From Prorocentrum cordatum (Eukaryota): DNA of 64,000 bases. The notes beneath the pieces were generated by a model. It ran no database searches, was not told the origin of the DNA, and was given only the letters and a program-made list of their open reading frames with translations. The translations under genes were made by a program, and so were the position numbers. Of this stretch, positions 12,333 through 25,414 are shown one piece after another. Each line of letters opens with the position of its first letter. The stretch's first letter is position 1. Location of the stretch: NCBI GenBank assembly GCA_963575745.1, contig CAUYUJ010000114.1, positions 1,364,001 to 1,428,000 on the forward strand, read 5' to 3'.

Positions 12333-12995
12333 GTGCTTTCTGACCACAATGCCGCGGCGAATCCAGCCGTGGCGACGTGGGCCTCCCAAGAGGCTGGAAA
12401 ATGCACAAACGAGGCGTAGCGGTATCGGTTCCAATCCCGCAGGCTTCCGCCAAACCTCCGCCAAGGCAAAACGATGCCAGGACGATGACATATTCTGGTG
12501 AAGTTAAGTGTAGAGTCTCTGAGATCCGGCGGCTCTAGAAGATGTCTCGAGCCCCGAGGCCTTTGCAGAGTTTCCGGAACGTTCAACGCTCTGGAACGTT
12601 TTTTTTCCTCGTCCTAGCCCCGCCCGGGTGAAGGGGCCCAGGGACACACACACATGAATAGACACGAGTAACAGGACTCCCCATAGTTTCCAAGATCTTC
12701 TGGGTTTTCGCCCCCCCCCCCCCCCCCCCCACTTCCTACATTTCCCACACGTTCCTGGGAATGGACGACTCATTGCGTCTGCGTGTTTTTCCCTCTCCCG
12801 GTGCTCTTCTCCGGTACTTCGCCACCGGGCTCCTGCCGAAGGCGTCCCTTTGCAAAAACTCCGGCTTCGGCACCGCCTGTATCCGAGGCTATTCCTCCTC
12901 GCGGCCCCGCTCTGAGGCTCCGCCGCTTCCTCCCTCCTCTTCCCCGCCTAATTCAAGCTTCGCGCGGCCCGCTTAGCTTCGACCGGAAGAGGTTG

Positions 12996-13490
12996 AAGGG
13001 GCCCCAGCACACACAAATAAATACACACAAATAAAAATACACCCCATATTATCCCCACATTTTCTGGGCTTCTGTCTTCTCCCCCACTTCCCATATTTTC
13101 CAATATTTTCGGGGGAATCGACGATTCATTGTGTCTGTGTGTTCCTTTCCCTCCTGAGAGGTGCGCTCTCGACCCGCGGATCAAAACGTGTTTGTCCCCC
13201 TCCCGACCGAGCAGGGCCTCTGCCAGGCTCCCGCTGGCAGCCGACGGCCTCCCCCCTCGGGCCACCCGCCGCCCCGGCCGCGGCGGGGGGGGGGGGGCGC
13301 GCCCAAGGCAGCGAGGGCCGCAGGAAAGGGATCCTTTTGAAGGGGCCCTGGGACACACAAATAAATACACACAAACAAAAATATGCCCCATATTTTCCGG
13401 GTTTTTGTCTCCCCCCCCACTTCCCATATTTTCCCATAGTTTCTGGGGAATCGACGATTATTTGTGTCTGTTTTTTTTTTTCCCCCTCCT
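12996..13490. mobile_element. Two MITE family B copies (12996-13155, 13340-13490)
   Basis: tga|aggggccc...cccttcc/cccctcc|tga termini and shared interior. Confidence 0.8.
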
Positions 13491-14632
13491 GACCTTTTCG
13501 GGCCACCGAAGGGACCCTCCAGGGTCGAAGAGGAGGCCCTCCCCGAGCAGTGCGCCTCCCAGGGCTCTGGCAGGCCCTGCGGCTCCCGGGGGCTCCCAGG
13601 ATCCCGAGACTCAGCCGAGGCCTCCTGGGATCCCCCCCCCAGGAATCTGGCACCTCCTACGAATCCCGAGGAGTTCGTAGCACGCCTCCCTGCGACGAGG
13701 TCAAGTAGTGTCCTCCTGCAGGGGGATTCTGGAAGAACGGTGAAAACTGGTCAGAACGATCCAACAGTAACAAAAATACCGCCCCCATACTATTTTTTGG
13801 ACAACTCGTGCAAATTCTTCCTGTAGACGGACATGCCCGACTTGACCCCTCGATTCCTTCCTGAGAAACTGGCTACCTACCAAACCACCCCAACCCAACC
13901 CGAAGGCCCGAGTTTGGCCCGAATTTCGGGTTGGGGGGGGGGGTTCGGGTTCCGTGCGTTCTCTCATTGTTCCCCGACCCCCCCACTCTGGAAATAGAGG
14001 GCAAATTGAGCCCTTCGGGTTGGGTCGGGGTGGTTTGGCAGGAGAGCCCAGAATCGAATCGACACATTGGATCGGCGATCGACATGAATCGGATCGGCGG
14101 AAATCGGCAGCCGAGTCGGGAAAAGTCGAATCGGCAGAAATCGGCAGGCTGGCAGGCTTCCGATAACAGATCGGAACCCGACTCGGGGCCCCAAATCGGA
14201 TCGCATCGGAATCGGAAGCAACCGAGATCGAATCGCACCGCATCGGAGGAATCGAAACGAGCCCTGCTTGCCGGGAGCGGCCAAGAGGGGGGTGTCCAAG
14301 AGGGGGGGGTGCAAATCATGACCGGCGGCACGTGCGCGGCCCAGCGGGGGGGCCAGGGACGTAGTGAAATAAGAAGGGGCGCCCTGCAATCTGGGGAGAC
14401 ATCATGGCCCCCGCCATGATATCCACCCCCCTCTAGGCATCGCCCCCCTCTTCGCCGCCCCCGACCAGGTCACCCTTGAAGGGGCCCTGGGACACACAGA
14501 TGAGTAGACACAAATAGCAGGATTCCCCCATCTTTTCCCAACTGTTCTCGGTTTTTGTCTTCCCCCCCGCTTCCCATATTTTCCCATGGGTGGGTGGTGA
14601 GAAACTGCCGCCCCCGATTGTCGGCTGCACGT

Positions 14633-14792
14633 AAGAGTGGCCCTGGGCAAGAGTGACCTCTGGTGCGCGGCTTCTCGGGGGCCGCGGGGAGACCAGACCT
14701 GGGCGCGCAGGCCGCTGCTGCCGCTTCGCGTTCAGCCATCTGGGGGACCATGTGTGCCCGCACCAAAGGTCACTCCGGCGAAAGGTCACTCC
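14633..14792. mobile_element. MITE family C
   Basis: gagtgRccctgggcaagagtga / aggtcactccggcgaaaggtcactc. A second, longer copy lies at ~63100-63413. Confidence 0.7.
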
Positions 14793-14931
14793 TCCTCCCT
14801 CTCCTCCTCCTTCTCCTCCTCCTCCTCCTCCTCCTCCTCCTCCTCTCCTCCTCCTCCTCCTCCTCCTCCTCCTCCTCCTCCTTCTTCTCCTCCTCCTCCT
14901 CCTCCTCCTCCTCCTCCTCCTCCTCCTCCTC

Positions 14932-14962
<31 letters not shown>

Positions 14963-15955
14963 TTCCTCCCTTGGGCCAGCACGCTCACGCTGCCACTCGT
15001 TCGTGGGTGCTGCGGAAGCAGGCGTGTCCTCGCCCTGCGCCCCCCCGCTCTGCGATGCCGGGCTCTGCGCTGCCTCACGGAAGGGACGGGCTGCCGTGCT
15101 GTGCCTCGCGCACCGCTGGCAAACCACGCACACTCCGGACTCCATAATAAAGTAGGGGGGGTCACATTTGGGGGGGGGGGTCTGATTTGAGCTGTCTTGG
15201 AGGGTTCGGGGGGGTCTGGGCAAAGGGCCGCCCTTTCATGGATGGTCTGGGAGGGTCTAAAGCTTCTCGTCTGGGAGGGTTGTGACCCCCTCCCTTTTAT
15301 TACGAAATCTGGAGTACGCTGCACAACTATTCGCTGACAGACTGAATGCCGCACGCTCCGCACGACAACGGGCGACTCTTACGTCCAGTCGAGACTGGTG
15401 GGTGGTGAGAAGCCGGCCGGGCACCGCAGGCCGGGAGGGCCCCGCGCCACCTCCGGCGCCGGAGGCCTGGTGGAGGAGGAGGAGGAGGAGGAGGAGGAGG
15501 AGGAGGAGGAGGAGGAGGAGGAGGAGGGGAGGAGGAGGAGGAGGAGGAGGAGGAGGAGGAGGAGGAGGAGGAGGAGGAGGAGGAGGAGGGGGAGGAGGAG
15601 GAGGAGGAGGAGGAGGAGGAGGAGGAGGAGGAGGAGGAGGAGGAGGAGGAGGAGCTGGTGGAGGGCCCCGCGCCGCCTCGGCGGCGCAGCCCTCCGCAGA
15701 GGCCCCCCCCCCCCGCCGCCCCCCCTGGGCCCCCCGCGGGGCGCCAGAGCCGGCCGAGGGCCAGAGGCGCGCTCGACCCCTCCCCCCCCCGGGAAGGGGG
15801 GGGGAGGGGTCGAGGAGGAGAGGCTTCCCTCCTCGCCCTCCTGATCTCCTGCTCCTCCTCCTCATTTCTCCTCCTCCTCCTCCTGCTCCCCCTCCTCCTC
15901 CTCGCCCTCCTCCTCCCCCCCTCCTCCTCGCTCCCCTCGCCCTCCCCTGACTGAC

Positions 15956-16151
15956 AGGCCTAGAGGTTGACACCAACACCAAGATCGGCGGTGTGTCTCC
16001 ACCGAGGGAAGAAGATCCCGATCTCGGTGATGGTGGTGATGTTCTGGCTTCCAAGGTGACCGAAATAGTACCACCAATATCGAGATCTAGGATCATCTTC
16101 CCCATATGGAAGCAACCCCCTGTGTTGGTGTTGGTGCCCATTTCCAGGCCT
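15956..16151. mobile_element. Short element with imperfect terminal inverted repeats
   Basis: aggcct..caccaacaccaa at the left end, ttggtgttggtg..aggcct at the right end. Confidence 0.6.
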
Positions 16152-16959
16152 CCAATCCCCCCCTTGCCTCCTCGCCCTCCTGATCTCCTCCCCCCGCCCT
16201 CCTCCTCGCTCTCCTCGCCCTCCTCCTCCTTCTCCTCCTTCTCCTCCTCCTCCTCCCCCTCCTCCCCTCCTCCTCCTCCTCCTCCTCCTCCTCCTCCTCC
16301 TCCTCCTCCTCCTCCTCCTCCTCCTCCTCCTCCAGCTCCTCGACAGGAGGAGCCGCTGTGCGGCCGGGCCGCTGCAGACTGGCGGCGGCGGAGACGCTGA
16401 GCGGCGGCACCCGCGGGCGCGCCCCTCAGCACCGGCACGAAGCCGGCGCCGCCAAGCCAGGCCGATCCGCAGGCCAGGACCTCGAGGCCGGCGGCGAGCC
16501 CAGGGGGGGGGAGGGGGAGGAGGAGGAGGAGGAGGAGGAGGAGGAGGAGGAGGAGGAGGAGGAGGAGGAGAGGAGGGAGAGGAGGAGGAGGAGGAGGGGG
16601 AGGAGGAGGAGGAGGAGAGGAGGAGGAGGAGGAGAGAGAGGAGGAGTAGGAGGAGCAGGAGGAGGAGGAGGAGGCGGAGGCGGCGAGCCTTCTCAGAAGG
16701 CTCGGGAGGCACCCCAGTCTTCGGAGACATGTGCCAGGCCTTTCCCGAAGACGCATCCGTCTTCTCAGAAGGCCCGAGGGCTTGCGAGGAGCCCTGCCGC
16801 CTTCCGAGAAGGCCTGCTCCCTCTCACCTCGCCGCCGGGACGCACCGCACCGTCTGCAGCGGCAGGCCGGCGACGGCGGCGGCGGTGGCCTCCGCAGCGA
16901 CGGCGGCGACGGAGGCCGACGACGACGGCAAGGGCCGACGCGCAGGCCAGAACCTTGAG

Positions 16960-17157
16960 TAGGAGAACGAAAAGTGGCATAAACATAAAAACTCGGAGGT
17001 CCGCGCGGATTTCTCGGATCGGCGCTGGGCCCCCCCGGCGGCGCTTCCGGCGCCGCCCCTGGCGCGCTCCGCGCGCCAGGGAGGGGGTCCAGCGCCGATC
17101 CGAGAACTCCGCGCGGACCTCCGAGTTTTTATGTTTATGCCACTTTTCGTTCCCCTA
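16960..17157. mobile_element. Palindromic MITE family A (best-preserved copy)
   Basis: TA|ggagaacgaaaagtggcataaacataaaaactcggaggtccgcgcgga ... tccgcgcggacctccgagtttttatgtttatgccacttttcgttcccc|TA; TA flanks suggest a Tc1/mariner-type target duplication. Confidence 0.9.
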
Positions 17158-18589
17158 TTCAGGCACCACCTGCAACGACATGCCAACGACGGCGGCGGCG
17201 GCGGCCTCCCCAAAGATCGAAGGCGTCTCAGCGTTTTCGAGCCAGGTGATCTCGCCCCGTTTCGGGCCCGTGGGTCTTCACAGAGCGGTCCAGCTGGCGG
17301 TCCAGCTAGAAAGCTGGCGCAGACGAATGGGGCGGCCACGGGCTGCGTTCGAGATTTTTTGACGACGTTTCAATGAATGGGCGACGTCGAACCTCAGGGT
17401 CCGCAGCGACGGCGACGACGTGGCCGACGACGACGGCAAGGGAGCCGACGGTGCCGCCGCCGCTGACCTCTGGAGGCCTGAGGAGGCTCCTGGGAGTCTC
17501 CGCGGAGGTGGGTGGTAGGGCTGAGCCTAAGCGGTGTGTTTCGTCTTCATGTTGCTTTTTTGTTTATCCTCGTTTTGCCTTCGCTTCGCCTAGAATGCAA
17601 CATAACACGAACTACAAAACGGCCCACGAGATTACCAAAACACGGTTTCGGTCCAGCCCTGGTGGCTGGAGGCCCCCAGGGAAATGCGAGGGCCTCTGGG
17701 GACACGCGAGAGCCCAGGAGGTGGGCAGGCAGCGCAACAGAAGGCATCGATCCTCAACCCTCCACCCTCAAAGCGGCGGCGACGGCGGCAGCGGCGGCGA
17801 CGGCGGCAAGGGCAACCATGACGACGACAAGATGAACAAACACATCATCATTCCCCTGATGCTGCGACATCTACGCCCGCCTATCTCGCACACGGTTTTG
17901 TTATGAGCACGATTGTTCCGACTTGGCTTTCCACATTGCTCCCTCATCAGAAAGATCTCGGCCTGTCAACAAAAATATTATCCCGCTGCAGCGTTTGCCA
18001 CGTTCAATGATCTCCAGGGGGCCTCCGTCCAGCGGAACGGCGCTTTCGCCGCTCTCGCATCAGTGAGCGTAGTGCTTCCACTGTAGGGTTTTCCACATTT
18101 GCGACTCTGTCAGTGGTCGTCCTCGCCATCCTCCTCCCTGGTCACCTGCGTTCCCGCCCCCTCCCAGTCGCCGCCCTCCTCAACGACCTTCCTTTTCCCC
18201 CCTCCTTCCTCCCCTTGCTCCCCGTCCTTCCTCGTCGCCACCCTCAATCCAACCCTCTCCCTCGTCCGTCTTCTCTCGTCCTCCCCCCTCCTCCTCCTCG
18301 CCTCTCCTCCTCCTCCTCCTCATCCTCCTCCTCTCCTCCTCCTCCCCCTCCTCCTCCTCCTCCTCCTCCTCCTCCTCCTCCTCCTCCTCCTCCTCCTCCC
18401 CCTCTTTCTCTTCCCCTCCTCCGCCTCCTTCATGCCTTCCCAGCTGTTGACTCCCAGGGATTACGGTCCTCTTCGATGAGATTGCCCCTTGGGGGCCAAG
18501 GTCTTTCCCACAACCAGAGTCTGCGAACAGCAACATATTCAAAGCAATGGAAAAGTATGTGCGGGAAGGGGTAAGACGTAAGGTCGGGC

Positions 18590-19940
18590 GCCGCCCTTGG
18601 CTTGAAAAAAACGCGTCTCCCTTATCAATGCGGCTATTTTGCCGGAGAGGTCCTGGCTATCTGGGCGCGAAATGGCCCGTGCCATACCCCCCCCTGGCGG
18701 CACCCCCTTTGGCGGCCCAGATGCCATGCCTGCTACATCGCTGTGGTCATAGGGCTCTGAACAAAAAACGCGTCAACCTTCCCAAACTGGCCATTATGCC
18801 TGAGATGTTCCAATCAACTAGGAGCGACCAGGCTCGCACCGTACCTCCAGGCGGCTCCCAATTGCGAAACCGAGCAGTCCTGCCTGCTGCATAGTGATGA
18901 CCATGTGGCTTCGAAAAGAGGCGTACCAAGCTGCCTCAAAATGAAACATTCTGCCTAATTTGTCTCGGCAGTCTGAGCGCGAAAGGGCCCGTAACATACC
19001 CCTTGGCGCTCCCCCTTGGGGCGGCCCAAATACCATGCCAGATATATAGCTAAGATCATGGGGCTCTGTCGAGAGACGCGTTCCCGCCAACAAAAACTGT
19101 CATTCAGCTTGAGAGGTCCGGACAACCTTGGCTCGAACAGGCCGGCGCCATACCTCCTGGCGGCTCGCGCTTTGGCGTCCCACAAGCCATGCATGCTACA
19201 AAGCGGTGGTCAAGAAGACTTGGAAAAATGCGCGCACCCCCTCCTGCACAACGGCCATGATGCTGGAGAGGTCTCGACATTATGAGCGCAAGAAAACCGT
19301 ATGGCACCCCCTCACGGCGCTTCTTGGGTAGGCCCAAATGCCATGCGCATGTTATGGCGATGATCATGGCCTCTGTCAACAAACACGTCTGCCCTTCCAA
19401 AGATGCCCATTCTGCAAGGGGGTCCTAATAGCGCGAAAAGGACCGTACCATTCCCCCTCGCGGCCCCCCCGTTGGCGGCCCGGATGCCGCGCCTGCTACA
19501 TGGCGGTGATCATGGGGCTATGAAAAAACGCGTGAGCCTTCCCGAACCTGTCATTCTGCCTGAGATGTCGCGATAATCTAAGAGCGAACGGGCCCGTGCC
19601 GCACTCCTTGCCGGTTTCCACTTGGCGATACCGAGACATGTTCCTGCTGCATCGCAAGATTGGAGCTTCGATCAGAGACTCTCCAACCCCCCCACACGGC
19701 TATTCTGCCTGAAAGGTCCTCAATCTGGGCGCGAGAAAGCCCGTGACATACCCCTTGGCGCCCCGGGAGGCCCAAATGCCATGTGTGCTACATCGCGGTG
19801 TTCACGGGGCTCGGACAAGAGACGCGTCAAACCCAATAACAATGGTCATTCCGCCTGAAATGTTTTGACAATCTCGGCGCGAACGGCACCGTGTCATGCC
19901 CCCTTGCTGCTCCCTCATTAACAGCCCAGATGCCATGCCT
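18590..19940. repeat. Diverged satellite, ~150-158-bp unit, ~9 copies
   Basis: aaacgcgtc...gcgcgaaa.ggcccgtgccatacccc...ggcggccca.atgccatg recurs at ~18608, 18766, 18921, 19076, 19230, 19382, 19526, 19675 and 19820. Confidence 0.8.
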
Positions 19941-20334
19941 GAAACGTAGCGATTGAAGCGGAGAGTGAGTGGGCTTGAGCGTGAACAGGGGAACTCTGAG
20001 AATGATCGAACCTGAATGCCAGTGGGTGTGAATATGAGTGGGCCCTAGTATGAGTGAGTGCGAATATGGGCGAGTCTGGGTGCGAGTGAGTTTGAGCGTG
20101 AGTTCATGTGAACGTGATCGAAACCGAGCGCGATATAGCTGTGAACATTAGCGTGGGAGGGAGGCGGGCTGCGAGGGGGGATGTGCGTATGGGGTTGGAG
20201 CGGCATCTGAGCCAGACGCGAAGCCACTGGTACTTGAGGGCCTCGCTTCGCCTTTGAAAGCGGACGATATCCGTATTGCGGATCAGCTTAGATCGTAACT
20301 TCTTCATGCTATAGCAGGCGGATGCAAGCGAAAG

Positions 20335-20416
20335 CGACAGAAAGAGAGAAAGAGAGAGGGAGAGAGATAAACGGAGAAAGAGAGAGAGAGAGAGAGAGAG
20401 CGAGAGAAAAAGAGAA

Positions 20417-20447
<31 letters not shown>

Positions 20448-21024
20448 TGGAGAGAGATGGAGAGAGAGAGAGAGAGCGAGATGGAGAGAGATGGAGAGAG
20501 AGAGATGGAGAGAGATGGAGAGAGATAATACATAGACAGACAGAAAGGGGGAGAAATAGAGAGAGAGAGAGAGCGAGAGAGAGAGAGATAGAGAGAGCGA
20601 GAGAGAGAGAGAGAAAGACAGGCAAAGAGAGAAAGAGCGAGAGGATAGCAAAAGAGAACACAAGAGAGAGGAAGAGAGCGAGAGAGAGAGGGAGAAAGAG
20701 AGAGAGAGAGAGAGAATAAAGAGAGAGAGAGAGAGATAACAACGAGAGAGAGAGAGAGACATTAACACATCAAGAGGGCGAGAAAAGGAGAAAGAGAGAT
20801 GGAGAGAGAGAGAGAGAGACAGTGAGAGGCAATACGATATGATACTATAGTCACAAGTAAACAAAGGGAAGACACGACCAGGCATATCGATATATTGTAT
20901 ATATATAGTTAAACAAAGATAGCGAGAACGAGAAACAGAAATAGAGAGAGAGAGAGATGGACACAGGAAGAGAGCACAAGAGAGAGAGAGGGAAGAGGGA
21001 GAGACATACCAACACATCTATGTT

Positions 21025-21083
<59 letters not shown>

Positions 21084-21381
21084 ACACAACACAGTTAGAG
21101 ATATACAGAGAGCGAGAGAGAGTGAGAGAGAGAGGGATAAAGAGAGAGTGTGAGAGAGAACAAGAAATACAGAGAGAACGAGAGAGAGAGAGAGAAGGAA
21201 ACACACACGCACACACATATAGAGAGAGAGGGAGAGAGATAAAGAGAGAGAGAGAGAGAGACGGAGAGAGAGAGAGCGAGAGAGAGAGAGAGACGGAGAG
21301 AGCGAGAGACGACAGAGAGGAATCCATAGACAGAAAGGGAGAAAGACAGAGAAGGAGTACATAGACAGACAGAAAGGGCGA

Positions 21382-21417
<36 letters not shown>

Positions 21418-21500
21418 AAGAGAGAGAGAGAGAGAGCGAGAGAGAAAGAGAAACAATATAAACAAAAGAGAAGGAGAAAAAGAGAGAGAGAGAGAGGAGA
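20335..21500. repeat. (GA)n-rich polypurine tract
   Basis: Direct reading. Confidence 0.95.
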
Positions 21501-24159
21501 AACTTATCTGGGCGAAAAACCCAACCATATGCAGTTGTGAATACCGGAGTTGTGAGTACTTTCTTCGGTGGAACTCCCTAGCAGCATGCGAACGCAGCTG
21601 TTGGGGCCTTCGGTGGGCCTCCCTATGGGGGCCATCGAATCCATTCGCGCCGCTGTCGATCCCGCCGACGGGCCGGCTGCGCGTGCTCAGCTGTTGCCGC
21701 ATGCGTTCGCGCCATGGAGTCAGCCCGTCGCCGATCGGCGCCCCGCCGCCCCGCCGGGGCCATCTCGGGCCAACTTGCACGGGCGCGATGGAGCGCCCTG
21801 AGCTCAGTCAGCGCCGTGCTCCCGCGGCTGCGGATGCCGCTGTGTGGGATGCGCCCCCCTTGAGCGAGGTCCAAGAAAGAAGTCTGGCGCTGCTGCGCCG
21901 AGGACGTCCCGCGCGCGTTGGCAGTCGCAGCCGAACGCTGGGCCGGCGTCTGCCCTCAGCGGAAAAGGACCTCTGGGCGCGACCGCGTTGCCTGACCTGT
22001 TGTCGGTCGTCGGCATGGCGTTACAGTGGGGGCTCGGCCACAAGAAACCTCCGCTAAAAACCCAACCCTGAAATATGCGATTTGTGCAGTGAGAACCCAC
22101 ATGTGTCGATCGACAATGATTGGGAGCCCATCAAAATCCAAGAAACCCAGGGCACCCTGGCAAAACCCAACTGGTTTCTTGGCACGCGCCCCCACTGCAA
22201 TGCAGCGCGAGCAGCAAGCACGCGCCCGCTGCTCGCGTGCACCAGTCGTCGGGGGCGGGGCCGCGCGCGAGCGCCTTCCGTCTGCGAGCTGGGGGGCGCG
22301 CTCCAATCCCAAAATCCAGTTGTGCCACGCTTGACTCTCGTGCTGCGGGGGTGAGGGCGGGGATCGGCGGGGCGCGGCCGCGTGCGGGCGCCGCCAGTTC
22401 GAGAGGCGGGGGCGCGTTCCCATCCACATAGCCAGCTGCGCCACAAATCGTGCTCATGTCGTGGGGGAGTTAGGGTGGGAATCGGCGTGGGGCCCTCTGG
22501 CTTGCCCGACCTGGCCATGTTGGCGCTACTCCTGTTCCGAATCCAACTAAAGGGGCCCCAGGACACACAAATAAATACACACAAATAAAATGATTCCTCA
22601 TATTTTGCCATATTTTCTGGGTTTATGTCTTCCCCCCCACTTCCCATATTTTCCTATATTTTCTGGGGAATCGAGGATTCATTGTGTCTGTGTGTTTCTT
22701 TTCCTCCTGACCAACGCCTACCCTTATCTCCTATTGCCACATGCGGCCGCTCTGGGCCTCTGCCGGCCTCTACGTCAGAAACAATGCAGCTTCAATGTGT
22801 CGAAGCAATCAAAAACATGCAAACAAAAACAAAAAAAAACAATCCTGGTTTGTCGTCGATGTCGCAGACCGCGCGGCAAGAACGGGGCGGGGTGCGCACC
22901 CCGCGTGGCGCGAGAAAAAGCCGAAAGGTCGCTCTGGCCTCGGCGCCGCGCTCATTTTTCTAAAGCGTTGGCCTGCCGCCTGGGCGCGGCGCACTTTTTT
23001 AAAATGCACTTCTTCGCCGGCGTGCGAGCGGACGAACGTGTTGCTGTCGCCGCCGAGTAGAGTTCGCATGTAAGCGGCGCTCCCGCCCCGACGCGACGCA
23101 GACTTGTCTCTCGCCAGTTTCGTCGGGGGGGCGCGCGAGTGGGCGACTTGTGGCGCTCGCCCGCGCTTCGTGCGCGTTTGGTTCGTAGGTGGCGTTCCAT
23201 CGCGGGCGCGGCGTGTGGTGCGTTCGCTGAATCGCAGTCGAGCGACAGCGGCCGGGGCCGCGCGAGAGCAGGCGAACTGTCGACCTAGCCCAAACGCCGG
23301 GTAGCTTGCACATGAACGTGGAAATGCTGTGTCAACGGGGCGTATGCTTCGTCTTCGACGCTCCCGAGGTTTGCCGCTCCCGCCCCGCTCCCGCTCCCGC
23401 CCCTGCGCGGACCGCGTAATTGTCTGTTCGCCAACTCGTCGGAAGCGGGACCGCGCGCGAACTCCTTCCGTTTGCGAAGTAGAAGCAGAAGTGTGTTTCA
23501 ATCCCTAAGTCAGATGGTGCCCCAATTGATCATTATGTGCTGGGGGGTAAATCGGATTTCGGCGGGGACCTCTGACCCCCTCGACCTGGTTAACTTGACT
23601 CCTCCTCCTATTCTATTTTACCCTGCTGTCGTCCCCTCTCTGTCTCTACGCTACTACACTCCGGATCTACTCTAGTCGATTGTCACTCTACACTCCTCTC
23701 GTCTCTTCCTATCTACTTCATTCGACCCTGCTCTGCTCTACTCGACTCTTCTACTGTTCTCTGCTATACTCTGATCTTCTACTTTGAACTTGTCTACTGT
23801 ACGCGACCGACTCGACTCTGCCATTACCCTACCCTGCTCTGCTCTTCTTTACCCTACCTTACTCTCTCATACCCTACACGTCACTCTAGTGTATTCTACC
23901 CTACTCTATTTTAGCATGCTCTACTGCTCTCCTATTCTACTCCATTTGGTTCCTTCTTCACCCTCTTTAAATTTCCCTTCCTCTCCTCTCCTCTCCTCCA
24001 CTCTGCTCAGCTCTACTGTGCTCGACTCTGCTCTGCTCTACTCTATCTTTTCTAGTCTACTCCACTCTATTCTGCTCTGCACTACTCGACTTCTAATTTT
24101 GACGACAGTTCAACGATGGTTGGGGCGCCATTGGACTGGCCACAGGAAGCCAATGCAAT

Positions 24160-24400
24160 AGCAGAGGAAGCCATGCGGATACAGAGGGATCCATGCGGAG
24201 AGCAGACGAAACATGCGGATACAAAGGAAGACGTGCGGATAGCAGAGGAAACCATTCGCACAAAAAAGGAAACCATGTGCAACAGAGGACACCTGCAGAG
24301 GGAGCCCTGCGGATAGCAGAGGAAGCCATGCGCAACGCAGGACGCGCGCAAGGGCAACATATAAAGCCATGCGGATGGAAGTGGGAACCATGCGAAAATG
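24160..24400. repeat. Degenerate ~20-24-bp minisatellite
   Basis: gcagaggaagccatgcggata variants in tandem. Confidence 0.75.
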
Positions 24401-25218
24401 GAGGACGCGTTGGGGGCAAAATAGAAGGGGGGTGTCAGTGGACCAAGTCTTTCTGGATTGAGCCCGCACTCCTAATTATAGGGACGCTGAGAACGCACGC
24501 ACCGCAATCCCCCCACACAGACTTCCAGCAAGGTGTTAGTTTCTGATCCTCGCTGACCGGGGGCATCAAACGGGGTGCGAAGCTTTCTGCAAACCTCGAT
24601 CCCCTTTCGTTTGTTGCCCCCCTTTGGTCGTTCGCCAGAGATTCGTTCCCAGCTGATTATGGTGTGTCGCGTTTTTCCTCGCTTTCGGCTTTCGAGAGGA
24701 TCCTGCTGGCCCCCAGCCCACCACCAAGACAACCTGGGATTGACGAGCTGTCCTTGGAGAAGGGGTCGAGAGCTCCAAGAAACGTAACCGGCTGTTTTTC
24801 CACGTGACGCTGGGTGAGCAAACGCAGTATCAATGACGCCCCGCCGTGAGGAACCCGTCGGCGTGTTCTTGTCGATGAAACACTGTGCCGCCGGAGGCAA
24901 CGAAGGAAACCGCGCTGACGGCACCCGCTGGCGGGAGGCCCTCGGCGCCCTCCTGCGCTCACGCGATCGGTCGGCCAAGCCCCACTCGGAACGGACGAGC
25001 GGGGGGATCATTAGCGAGAGGGGGGGTAATGAATCACCCTCACGCAGCTGGTTTTCCCGGCGATTCCCGGCGCTGGGAGGCGCCCATGCGTCGTCGAGAA
25101 TGGCGCCAGGCGGCGGGGTCGAAACCAGCTGCGTGCCATAAGTTTCGTAAACCTCCTTTCCCTGTCCCCTCCCCCGCCTTTCGTCCGACCCGACTCATCA
25201 TGCACCCTCGGCAATAAA

Positions 25219-25414
25219 TAGGGGAACGAAAAATGGCATAAACATAAAAACTCGAAGTCCGCGCTGATTTCTTGGATCCGCGCTGACCCCCTCCCTGGCG
25301 CGCGGAGCGCGACAAGGGCGGCGCCGGAGGCGCCGCCCAGGGGCCCCAGCGCCGATCCGAGAAATTCGCGCGGACTTCCGAATTTTTATGTTTATGTCGT
25401 TAGTCGTTCTCCTA
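25219..25414. mobile_element. Palindromic MITE family A
   Basis: TA|ggggaacgaaaaatggcataaacataaaaa ... tttttatgtttatgtcgttagtcgttctcc|TA. Confidence 0.85.

Noticed and set aside
15956..16151. Apparent AG|G-bounded open exon (GLEVDTNTK...)
   Set aside because: Its ends are inverted repeats and it looks equally exon-like on both strands, so a TIR element explains it better.
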